Shown piece by piece: positions 51,165 through 60,139 of a stretch of DNA of 64,000 nucleotides; within the stretch, counting starts at the first letter, position 1; each line of letters starts with the position of its first letter. The notes beneath the pieces were generated by a model. It was not told the origin of the DNA, did not search any database, and saw nothing but the letters and a program-made list of their open reading frames with translations. The translations under genes were made by a program, and so were the position numbers. Origin of the DNA: Anaeromyxobacteraceae bacterium. Its GTDB lineage: Bacteria; Myxococcota; Myxococcia; Myxococcales; Anaeromyxobacteraceae. The DNA is taken from positions 928,001-992,000 of the forward strand of contig JASGHJ010000002.1 in the NCBI GenBank assembly GCA_047602405.1. The letters run 5' to 3'.

Positions 51165-51326
51165 AAGCCATCTCCACTCCGCGTTCTAGCAAGAACGAGG
51201 GGTTACATCGGCCCCCTTCGTGAGATGGGCTGTAAGCAAGAGGGTCGAGGCACACCAGCGGGTGTCACCCGACCCTCCAGGCTGTGCAGAAGATGACCCT
51301 GGCTGTCGCCCGGGTTACCTAGGGGC

Positions 51327-52256
51327 ATGTTCGCGTCCATCGAGGAGGCGTCGAAGGGGCTCGCGGCGGCGGGCTACCTCCCGTCGCAGGAGATCTCGAC
51401 CGCGGTGTTCCTCGCCGACCGGCTCGAGAAGCCGATCCTGGTGGAGGGGCCGGCGGGCGTCGGCAAGACCGAGCTCGCGCGCGCCTTCGCGGCCGCGTCC
51501 GGCCGCTCGCTCGTCCGGCTCCAGTGCTACGAGGGGCTCGACGAGTCGAAGGCGCTCTACGAGTGGGAGTACGCGAAGCAGCTCCTCTACACCCAGCTCC
51601 TGCGCGACCGCATCGGCGACGCCGTGGCGGGGGCGGGCAGCCTCGCCGAGGCGGCGGACCGCATCGCGGGGGAGGGGAACGTCTTCTTCTCGGAGCGCTT
51701 CCTCCTGCCGCGCCCGATCCTGAAGGCCATCACGGCGGACACGCCGGCGCTCCTCCTCGTCGACGAGATCGACAAGGCCGACCCCGAGCTCGAGGCGTTC
51801 CTCCTCGAGGTGCTCTCCGACTGGACCGTCACGGTCCCGGAGATCGGCACCCTCCGCGCGCGCAGCGTGCCGCGCGTGGTCCTCACCTCGAACGCCGCCC
51901 GGGAGCTCTCCGACGCCCTGAAGCGGCGCTGCCTGCACCTCTACGTCGACTTCCCGGCCCGCGACCGCGAGCTCGCCATCGTGCGCGCCCGGGTGCCGGA
52001 GGCCTCCGAGGCCCTCGCGCGCGCGGTCGTGGCGACGGTCGCGAAGCTGCGCACCCTCGACCTCAAGAAGCTCCCCAGCATCTCGGAGACGCTCGACTGG
52101 GTCCGCGCGCTCGCCGTCCTCAACGCCGACCGCCTCGAGCCCGCGCTCCTCGACCAGACGCTCAACCTCGTCCTCAAGTACGAGGCCGACCTCGCGCGGG
52201 CCAAGGAGAAGCGGCTCGATCTCCTCGAAGCCGCGGCCGCCTCGAGCAGGCCGTGA
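51327..52256 (+). CDS. MoxR/CoxD-family AAA+ ATPase
   Basis: EGPAGVGKT, RLQCYEGLD..ALYEW, LLVDEIDK, DALKRRC. Confidence 0.92.
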   Translation: MFASIEEASKGLAAAGYLPSQEISTAVFLADRLEKPILVEGPAGVGKTELARAFAAASGRSLVRLQCYEGLDESKALYEWEYAKQLLYTQLLRDRIGDAVAGAGSLAEAADRIAGEGNVFFSERFLLPRPILKAITADTPALLLVDEIDKADPELEAFLLEVLSDWTVTVPEIGTLRARSVPRVVLTSNAARELSDALKRRCLHLYVDFPARDRELAIVRARVPEASEALARAVVATVAKLRTLDLKKLPSISETLDWVRALAVLNADRLEPALLDQTLNLVLKYEADLARAKEKRLDLLEAAAASSRP

Positions 52257-52321
52257 CCTGCCATATCCGTCAGCCCCGAGCGTAGGGCCGCATGCGGCCC
52301 GGAGACGAGGGGCGGTCCGCA

Positions 52322-52633
52322 GGCATGCGTTCCCGTGGGAGCGAAACGCGCCTCCGCGACGCCGGCCGGCTGCGTCGGTCTGTGTACGGTGCCGATGGCC
52401 GGAACCGGGGTCGCTGCGATCGATCAGGCCGCGGCAGGCCTGCACGCGAGTTGCGCGTGACGGCACAGCGCGCTGCGCGCGCCATGCCGTCACACGCCCT
52501 CGTCGCTTGGCCTGCAATCGCTAGGGCACTGGGGACGTGGAGCGCCCGACCTCCGCCGGCCGTCGCTGCGGAGTCGCGTTTCGCCCTCGGGCGCGTTGCA
52601 CTAAGGTCGGCCGAGACTGCTGGGTGGTTGATG
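52322..52633 (+). repeat. long structured repeat, copy A
   Basis: Alignable by eye with the reverse complement of 54210-54521; nested internal inverted repeats. Confidence 0.85.
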
Positions 52634-52659
52634 TTGAACTGATATGGTTGGACCCGTCA

Positions 52660-52917
52660 ACGAAGCCGGCCCGGTCGCAGGGTCGGCTTTTTCGTTTCTG
52701 CGTTCGGGCGGCCAAGGCGGTGGTCGACCTGAACTAGAGCGACGGCGGATCAGACTGATATTCGCGGGTTGGGTACCGCATGACCTGAATCCGTCGGGGG
52801 CTGCCTCGGTCTAACAGCGGGCATCAGGCTTCACGGCCCTGCCCATAGTTCATACGAGGATTCCCCTTTGGGCCGGACCAAGTCGTCCACCGCCCTCGCC
52901 GCCCGAACGCGTCACAG
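52660..52917 (-). ncRNA. predicted seekRNA/bridge-RNA region of the IS (exact ends unknown)
   Basis: Downstream of the transposase; contains segments matching both target flanks and the IS end. Confidence 0.7.
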
Positions 52918-54012
52918 CTACGCCTTTAGGAGTTGTGGCTGGCGCCCGATGGCCCAGACGAATCCCGCCAACTCGCGCGCGATGGCAACGACGACGCGGT
53001 TCTTGTTCATCCCGCGTCCCGTGAGCTTCCGATAGCGACCGCAGAGCCGCTCCTGGGCACGCCAGGCGATTCGCAAGACCTCCTCCGACAAGCCTCGACT
53101 TCTCTTCCTGAGGGCAGGGCTGTTCGCTGCTCGGTACCGGTAAGCCCAGGCGGCCTCGACGAGAATGCGCCGAGCGTGGCCGTTCCCGGCGCGTGTGATT
53201 CTCCCTTGCTGCCGAGTTTCTCCGCTCGAGTGTTCCGAGGGGACGAGGCCGAGGTAGCCCATCAGCTCGGGGGCAGTGGCGAACCGGTCCAGGTCGCCGA
53301 GCTCCGCTGCGAGCACCGTGGCCGTGATGAGGTTGACGCCGCGTAGCGACTGTAGCGCCTTCACCAGGGGCATCCGGCTCCAGCTCTCCACGAGCTCCTC
53401 GATGCTGCGGGTATGCCGGCGAACCCTCTCCCCCACGTCTTCCACCGTCTTCAGGTAGTCCTCGAGGACCCGTTGCTGCGCCTCGTGCTCGAAATGCTGG
53501 ACCCGAACCCACGCCAGGTGGTCGCGAGTCCACCGTGTCTTCCCTGTCCAGCGCCGCCCATGACGGAGAAGGAACTTCCCGAGCTGGTGACGGGCTACGC
53601 GCTCAGCCTTCTTCGCGGCATCTCGCGCGCGCTCGAGATCGCGCATGGCCTCGGTGGCTTCGTCGGGCACGTGGACTTCGGTCAGGTCTCCAGACCTCAG
53701 AAACCGGGCGAGCTTCACGGCATCCCGCCGGTCGGTCTTGACGCGATCGCCGGCCTTCATAGGCACCAACGAAGGCGCGACCACGACGCATTCGACGCCG
53801 CCGGCGTTGAGCGCTCGGTAGAGCCCGAACCCTGTTGGACCAGCCTCGTAACAGCATTTGATGGTACCGAGCCGTCGCAGGCGCTTCAGCAGTGCCGCGG
53901 TGTCGTTGGCGACGACCGCCAAAGCGCTCGGCTCTCCCCGGCCGGGCTCAGCGACCGCGATGGCGATGCTGTCTGCGTGGACGTCGAGACCGACGAATCG
54001 TACGCTCTCCAT
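52918..54012 (-). CDS. IS110-family DEDD recombinase/transposase
   Basis: VGLDVH, CYEAG, KTDRRDA, GLVPSEHSSG, VAIARELAGFVW; intact 364-aa frame. Confidence 0.96.
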   Translation of the reverse strand: MESVRFVGLDVHADSIAIAVAEPGRGEPSALAVVANDTAALLKRLRRLGTIKCCYEAGPTGFGLYRALNAGGVECVVVAPSLVPMKAGDRVKTDRRDAVKLARFLRSGDLTEVHVPDEATEAMRDLERARDAAKKAERVARHQLGKFLLRHGRRWTGKTRWTRDHLAWVRVQHFEHEAQQRVLEDYLKTVEDVGERVRRHTRSIEELVESWSRMPLVKALQSLRGVNLITATVLAAELGDLDRFATAPELMGYLGLVPSEHSSGETRQQGRITRAGNGHARRILVEAAWAYRYRAANSPALRKRSRGLSEEVLRIAWRAQERLCGRYRKLTGRGMNKNRVVVAIARELAGFVWAIGRQPQLLKA

Positions 54013-54209
54013 GGTTGGACCCGCCTCCCGCTGTGGCTCTGCGCCGTGGGGTTTCGCAGCTTCGCGGAGTAACCCACGTTCGCGTGACAGCGGGTCCAAC
54101 CATTCTGTCTAACGGTAAATACGACGAGGCGGTAACGGGAGCCGTTGGCCTGAACCTGCGGATGAGCGCGCAGCAGGTTGCCCAACGCCCATCGCCCAAC
54201 GCTGGTCGT

Positions 54210-54521
54210 TCACCAACACCCGGCATCTTCGGCCGACGTTAGTCCGCTACGCCCGAGAGCCAAACGGGCCTCCGCAGCAGCGCGCAGCGAGCGACGGGCG
54301 AGGTTCCGTCTCCACATCGGGGCAATGCAGGCCAAGCGACGAGGGCGTGTGACGGCGACGTGCGCGAAGCGCGCGGCGCCGTCACGCGCAACTCGCGTGC
54401 AGGCCTGCTGCCACGATCACCGCCCTGCAACAGCCCCGGTTCCGGCGATCTCTTCCGTCTCAAACCCGTCCGAGCAAGCGCTGTCGCGGAGGCCCGTTTG
54501 GCTCCCAAGGACACGTATGCC
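54210..54521 (-). repeat. long structured repeat, copy B (inverted relative to A)
   Basis: Perfect 19-bp stem 54257-54275 with 54486-54504; same inner stems as copy A. Confidence 0.85.
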
Positions 54522-54536
54522 GACGGCGGGAGAGGG

Positions 54537-55289
54537 TCACTCGTCCGGTTCCGGCTCGGCCTGCCGCGCGAGGCGGGTGCGGGAGGGGACCTGGACGAGC
54601 TCCTCGCTGGGGAGGACCAGGGCCGTGAGGAAGCCGCCGTAGACGCAGCCCGTGTCGAGCCCCACGCAGCGCACACCAGGGGCGGGCATGTCGAGGCGGG
54701 GGCCCGCCTCGGCCTGCGCGTGGTGCCCGTACACGACGCTCTGCGGGCCCGTCCAGGCCTCGGCCCAGCGCCGGATGCCCGGCTCGCCGGCCTCGCCGCG
54801 CTCGCGGGTGGCCGGCTTGCCTGCCGCGTCCACGTAGCGCAGGCGGATCACCACGTCCGGCGGCTGCCGGGAGGCGGGCACGTTCGGGACGAACCCGGCG
54901 TGCACCGCCATCCACCCGCCGCCGAGCGAGATCGAGCGGGGCAGGCCCGCGAGCCACCCGAGGTCGTCGGCCGTGAGGGCCGCGTGCTCGGCCGCCCGCT
55001 TGGGGTCGAAGGGGCGCATCGGGTTGCGGTAGGCGCGGTCGCCGCGGCGGCGGGCCTCGTGCGCGGCGTACCGGAGGTGCTTCTCCTCGTGGTTGCCGAG
55101 CACGCACTCGGCGCCCAGCTCGCGGACGCGCCGGAGCACGCCCACCGGGTCCGGGCCCCGGTCGAGGAGGTCGCCGAGGAACACGACCCGGTCCTCGCCG
55201 CGCCGGAACTCGGACGTGACGAGCAGCTCGTCGAGCTCCCCGAGGCACCCGTGCACGTCCCCCACCACCAGCGTCCGCCCGGCGCTCAT
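54537..55289 (-). CDS. calcineurin-like metallophosphoesterase (ApaH/PrpE-like)
   Basis: GDVHG, GDLLDRGP, GNHE, VHAG, YGH, LDTGC. Confidence 0.92.
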   Translation of the reverse strand: MSAGRTLVVGDVHGCLGELDELLVTSEFRRGEDRVVFLGDLLDRGPDPVGVLRRVRELGAECVLGNHEEKHLRYAAHEARRRGDRAYRNPMRPFDPKRAAEHAALTADDLGWLAGLPRSISLGGGWMAVHAGFVPNVPASRQPPDVVIRLRYVDAAGKPATRERGEAGEPGIRRWAEAWTGPQSVVYGHHAQAEAGPRLDMPAPGVRCVGLDTGCVYGGFLTALVLPSEELVQVPSRTRLARQAEPEPDE

Positions 55290-55467
55290 GTGCGGAGCTT
55301 AACGCCATGTCGGCCCGCGCGCCCCGATGGGGATTGGGGGAGCGATGATTTCGTGGCCGGGTCGGGTCCGTGTGGGGCCGCGGAGCGGGCCGGAGGCGAG
55401 GGACCGCGCTAGATTGCCCGAGGATCCCGGCGCTACACTCGCCTTCCCACTGCAGCCGGGCCTCCCC

Positions 55468-58400
55468 ATGGATCCCAAGCGCGTCCTCATCGTCGAGCCC
55501 GACCACGCCTTCGCCCTCTCGCTCGCGTCCCTCTTCCGGGAGGACGGGCACCACACCGCGGTGGCGGGCAGCGCCGCCGAGGCCGAGCTCGAGATCGCGA
55601 CCCGCCGCCCGCACCTCGCGGTGGTCCGCGCCGAGCTGCCTGACCTGTCCGGGTTCTCGCTCTGCGCGCACCTGCGCCACGATCGGGCCACGGCGGGCCT
55701 GCCGGTGGTGCTCTTCTCCTCGGACACGCCGCCCGAGTCGCTCGCCGAGCACGCCCGCACCCCGTGGGCCGCGAACGGCTACCTGGCGATGCCGCTCGAC
55801 ACGGACGCGCTGCGGGTGCTCGCGAACCGGATCCTCTCGGCCGAGGAGCCCGTGGAGAGCGCCGACGACGCCATCCTCGAGGCCGACGACCTCGTCGTGC
55901 AGGAGGTGCACGGCGAGGTGGTCCCCACCTCCCCGGACGCGCACCCCGGGCGTGGGGACGACGGGCCGGAGTCGACGGAGGGCCCGCGGGCGCCCCCGCT
56001 GCCGAAGCGCTCGATCACCACCGACGAGGACCGGCTGTTCCTCGACCGCGTCTTCCAGTCCATCGCCGAGCACCGCGACGAGCTCGCGCGCGAGGCCATG
56101 GCCCAGCGGCCGCCGCCGCGCCGGGACCTGCTCGCCACGCCCGAGGGGCGGATCGAGGCCCTGCGCCAGGACCTCAAGTGGCGCGAGGCGCAGCTCGCCC
56201 GCATCGCCGAGATCTGGGCGGTCCGCGAGCGCGAGGTCGCCGCGTTCGACGAGCGCCTGCACGAGCGCGACGTGGACCTCGCCGGCCTGCGCGCGCAGGT
56301 CGAGGACCTCTCCCGCCGCCTCGCCGAGGCGAAGGACGTCTTCGTCGTGAAGGAGCGCGAGTACGGCGCGTCGATGGACGGGCTCCTCCTCGAGAAGTTC
56401 AGCCAGGAGAAGCAGCTCATCGAGGTGGTCGCCGCGAACGAGCGGCGGATCCACGAGCTCGAGCGCGACGTGCGCCGGCGCGACGACGACCTCGCCCGCC
56501 GGGGCGTGGCGCTCGCCGAGGCCCAGGACGAGAATCGCCCGGCTGGACCGGCAGGTCCGCGCCGACGGCGCGCGGGCCGAGGCGCGGGAGCGCGAGCTCG
56601 CCGGCGAGGTGGAGCGGCTCTCCGGGGAGCTCGCCCAGGCCCGCGAGGCGCTCGCCGTGCAGCGCAGCACCGCCGAGGAGTTCGCCCGGGAGGCCTCCCG
56701 CAAGCTCGAGGAGGCCGCCGCCGAGCGGCGCGCGCTCGACGCCGGGCTCGAGGCCCTGCGCGCGGACCGCGAGCTCGCCGCGAAGGGCGGCGACGAGGCG
56801 CGGGCGCGGGTGGCCGCGCTCGAGGCGGAGCTCTCGAAGGAGCAGGCGGACGGCGAGAAGGCCCGCGCGGCGCTCGAGGCGCGCGCCACCCGGGCCGAGG
56901 CGGCGGCCGCGGAGGCGGAGGCCCAGCGCGAGCGGTCCTCGGCGGCCTCCCGCGAGGCGGCGGCCGGCCTGCAGGAGCGCATCGACGAGCGCGAGGCGGC
57001 GATCCGCGACCGCGAGCAGCGCCTGCGGCTCGTGGACGAGGAGTACCGGCGCTTCCGCGACGCGGCCCGCGCGCGCGAGGACGACCTCGCCCGCGAGGTC
57101 CAGGACCACCTGCAGCAGAATCGGCGCGCTCGAGGCCGAGCTGGAGGCGGCCGAGCGCGAGAACGCGGAGCGCGAGGCGGCGGACCCGGGCCTCGACCCG
57201 GCCGAGGTGGAGGCGGAGCGGGCCGAGCTCCAGCGCGAGCTCCAGGCCGCCTCCGCCCGCGCGGCCGACGCCGAGGGCCTGCTCGCGGCCGCCGAGCAGG
57301 CGCTCGCGCAGGCGCGGGCCCGGGCGGAGGGGCTCGAGCGCGCGGTCGAGGAGGCGGGGCGGGCGCGCGACGAGGCCGAGCGCGGCCGCGGCGTCGCCGA
57401 GAGCGCGGCGCGCGAGAAGGAGGCCCTCGCCGCGGCGGTGGCCGAGAAGGACGCCCTGCTCGAGCCGGCCCGCGCCGAGGCGCGGGCGGCCCAGGAGGAG
57501 GCCCGGGCGGCCCGCGAGGCCGCGGCCGCGGCCGAGGCGAGGCACGCCGGGGTCGCGGCCGAGCGCGAGGAGCTCGCCGCGCGGCTCGCGTCGCACGAGG
57601 ACACCGTGCGCGACGCGCGGGCCGAGGTCGCGCGGCTCTCCGCGCGCATCGAGGAGCTGACGGCCAGCGCGGGCGCCCAGGAGGCCGGGGCGGCGGAGGC
57701 CCGGGCGCGCGCCGGCGCGCTCGAGGCCGAGCTCGCCGCCGCCCGCGCCGAGGCGGAGGCCGCGCGGGCGGACGCCGCGCGCGTGGCCACCGGGCAGGAG
57801 GAGGCGCGCCGCGCCGCCGAGCGCAAGGAGTCGGAGTGGACCGCCGAGCTCGCCGCGCGCGCGGAGCGCGCGGCCCGGGCCGAGGCGGCCGCCGCCGCCG
57901 CCGAGGAGCAGGTTCGCGCCGCCGAGGCCGACGCGACCCGCGCGCGCGAGGCGCTCGACGCGCTCTCCCGCGAGGCGGAGCGCGCGCGGGCCGGGCTCGT
58001 CGAGGAGGCGTCCGCGCAGGGGGAGCTGCTCGTCGCCGCGAAGCGGCAGGTCGAGAAGCTCGGCGGGGAGCTCTCCGAGGCCCGCCAGGCGCTGATGATC
58101 GCGGAGTCCTCCGGGAAGCAGGAGCTCGAGGCCGCCCGGGCGAAGGCGGACGAGCTCGCGGGCCTGCTCGCGCAGGCCGCGCAGGAGCGCGACGAGCTGC
58201 GGGTGAAGCAGGCCGCCGTGGCGGGCGAGCTCGAGGTGCGCGAGGCGGAGCTCGCCTCGGCCACCGAGGAGGCGAAGGAGGCCCGCGTGGCGCGCGAGCG
58301 GGTGGAGCGCGCGCTCGCCGAGGCCGAGGCCGCCGCCACCCGCGAGGCCCAGGCCCGCGTCGCGGAGGAGGGGCGGGGCGCCGCGCGCGCCCAGGCGCTC

Positions 58401-59330
58401 GCGACCGAGCACGCCCGGCGCGAGGAGGAGCTGCTCGCCGAGCTCGCGCGGAAGACCGAGGCCGGCGAGGCGCTGCACGCGCGCTTCGACGGGCTCGCCT
58501 CCGAGCGGGGTGAGCGCGAGGCGGCGCTGCAGCGCGAGGTGCAGGCGCGGGGCGAGGCGCTCGCCGCGGCGGAGCAGCGCGCCCGCGCCGGCGCCGAGGT
58601 CGCCGCCGCGCGCGAGGAGGACCTGCGGGCCCGGGTGGCCGCGCTCGAGGAGCAGCTCGGGTCGCTGCAGCGCCAGCGCGATCAGGCGGGCGGCGCGCTC
58701 GCCGCGGCCGCCGAGGAGAAGGCCCGGGTGCTCGGCGAGACCCGGGAGGCGGCCGCCCGCCACGAGCGGGCGGAGGCGCGCGCGCGCGAGCTCGAGCAGG
58801 CGCTCGCGGTCTCGCACCGGGACCGCCAGCGCGTCGAGACCGAGCTCACCGCGCGCGCGGCCCGCGCCGAGGCCCGGGCGGCCGAGCTCGGCGCCAAGAG
58901 CGACCAGGGCGCGCGCGACGGCGCGACGCTCGAGGCCGCGCGGGCGCGGGTCGCGGAGCTCGAGGCGTCGCTCGCCCAGGCCGGGCAGGCGCGCGCCGAC
59001 GCGGAGCGGGGCTGGGTGACGCGCGCGGAGGCCGCGGAGCGCAGCGCGGCGGAGGCGGCGCGGCGGGTGGAGCTCTACGGGGCGGAGCGCCGCGAGGCGG
59101 AGGCGCGGGCCGCGGAGCTCGTGCGCGAGGCCGAGGCCCGCTTCCACGAGGAGCTCCGGCGGCGCGACGAGCAGCGCGGGCAGGAGGTCCAGCGGCTGCA
59201 GGGGCTCCTGCAGGAGAAGGCGCGCCGGGAGAAGACGCTCGAGCTCGAGCTCGAGCGGGCCCGCGCGGGGCGCGGGACGCCCGCGCCCGCGGGCGCGGGC
59301 TCGGGCGGCGGCGGGAACGGCGAGCGGTGA
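55468..59330 (+). CDS. aglZ: AglZ-like protein (atypical receiver + long coiled coil) with two apparent +1 frameshifts near 56534 and 57120
   Basis: RVLIVE..H.FALS, RAEL.D.SGF.LC, EDR.FLDR.FQSIA, RPPPRR..TPEG, REAQLAR..EIW match my recollection of Myxococcus AglZ; the coiled coil runs through three frames. Confidence 0.8.
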
Positions 59331-60061
59331 GCCTCACCCTCCTCGAGAGCGCGCTCCTCGCCGGCTTCCGCCACGGGTTCACCACCCGCGCGGGCGGGGC
59401 GTCGCCCGCGCCCTGGGACGCGCTCAACCTCGGCGGCGGGGTGGGCGACGATCCCGCGCGCGTCGCCGAGAACTGGCGGCGCCTCGAGGCGGCGACCGGG
59501 CTCGGCTTCGCGCGGGTGCGTCAGGTGCACGGCGCCCGCGCGGTCCGGCTCGACGCGGCCTGCCCGCCGGGCGAGGAGGCCGACGCGGTGGTCTCGCGCG
59601 CGCCCGGCGTGGCGGCGACCGTCGCGGTCGCGGACTGCGTCCCGGTGCTCCTCGCCGACCCCGACACGGGCGCGGTGGCGGCGGTGCACGCCGGCTGGCG
59701 CGGCACGATCGCGCACGCGGCGGGGGAGGGCGTCCGGGCGCTCGGCCGGGAGGCCGGGGCCTCGCCCGGCCGGCTGCTCGCGGCGATCGGGCCCTCGATC
59801 GGCCCCTGCTGCTACGAGATATCGGACGATCTCGCGGCGCGGTTCGAGGCGGCGTTCGGCGCGGACGTCGTGCGACGAAACCCCACGCCGCACCTCGATC
59901 TCTGGGCCGCGAACGCGCGCGCGCTCGCCGCCGCGGGCGTCCTCGAGGGGCGGATCGACGTGCTCCGGCGCTGCACCGCCTGCGAGCGCGAGGTCTTCTT
60001 CTCGCACCGGCGCGACGCGGGCCGCACCGGCCGGCAGGTCGCCTTCGTCGCCCCGCGATAG
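59327..60061 (+). CDS. pgeF: peptidoglycan editing factor PgeF/YfiH
   Basis: HGFTTR.GG, QVHG, ADCVPVL, HAGWRG, GPSIGPCCYE, FFSHRR. Confidence 0.93.
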   Translation: MSLTLLESALLAGFRHGFTTRAGGASPAPWDALNLGGGVGDDPARVAENWRRLEAATGLGFARVRQVHGARAVRLDAACPPGEEADAVVSRAPGVAATVAVADCVPVLLADPDTGAVAAVHAGWRGTIAHAAGEGVRALGREAGASPGRLLAAIGPSIGPCCYEISDDLAARFEAAFGADVVRRNPTPHLDLWAANARALAAAGVLEGRIDVLRRCTACEREVFFSHRRDAGRTGRQVAFVAPR

Positions 60062-60139
60062 CCCTGCCTACATGGGCGCCCGATTCCACCCGGGCGCTCG
60101 ATTTCACAGACGCTCCCGTCCGGGCTAGGATTTTCGCGC

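Larger units (their letters stand above)
52641..54110 (-). mobile_element. IS110-family, IS1111-group insertion sequence
   Basis: 13-bp subterminal IRs ATGGTTGGACCCG (52644-52656) and CGGGTCCAACCAT (54091-54103), 3 and 7 bp from the ends; CT core at both junctions; long downstream non-coding region. Confidence 0.92.

Noticed and set aside
50925..51296. 123-aa plus-strand ORF
   Set aside because: Atypical codon usage, no motif, starts inside the terminator hairpin
54111..54244. attC-like motifs (GCCCAAC...GTTAGTC at 54194-54244) suggesting an integron
   Set aside because: Only about 51 bp, imperfect R' box, no cassette ORFs and no integrase in the window
52322..54521. Treating the outer repeats as the IS terminal repeats or a composite transposon
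   Set aside because: The IS has its own exact sub-terminal IRs and CT core; the outer copies are diverged and sit asymmetrically, so they probably predate it
21209..59330. Calling cheB, fadL-like, HD gene and aglZ pseudogenes
   Set aside because: All breaks share one motif and there is no other decay; artefact is more likely
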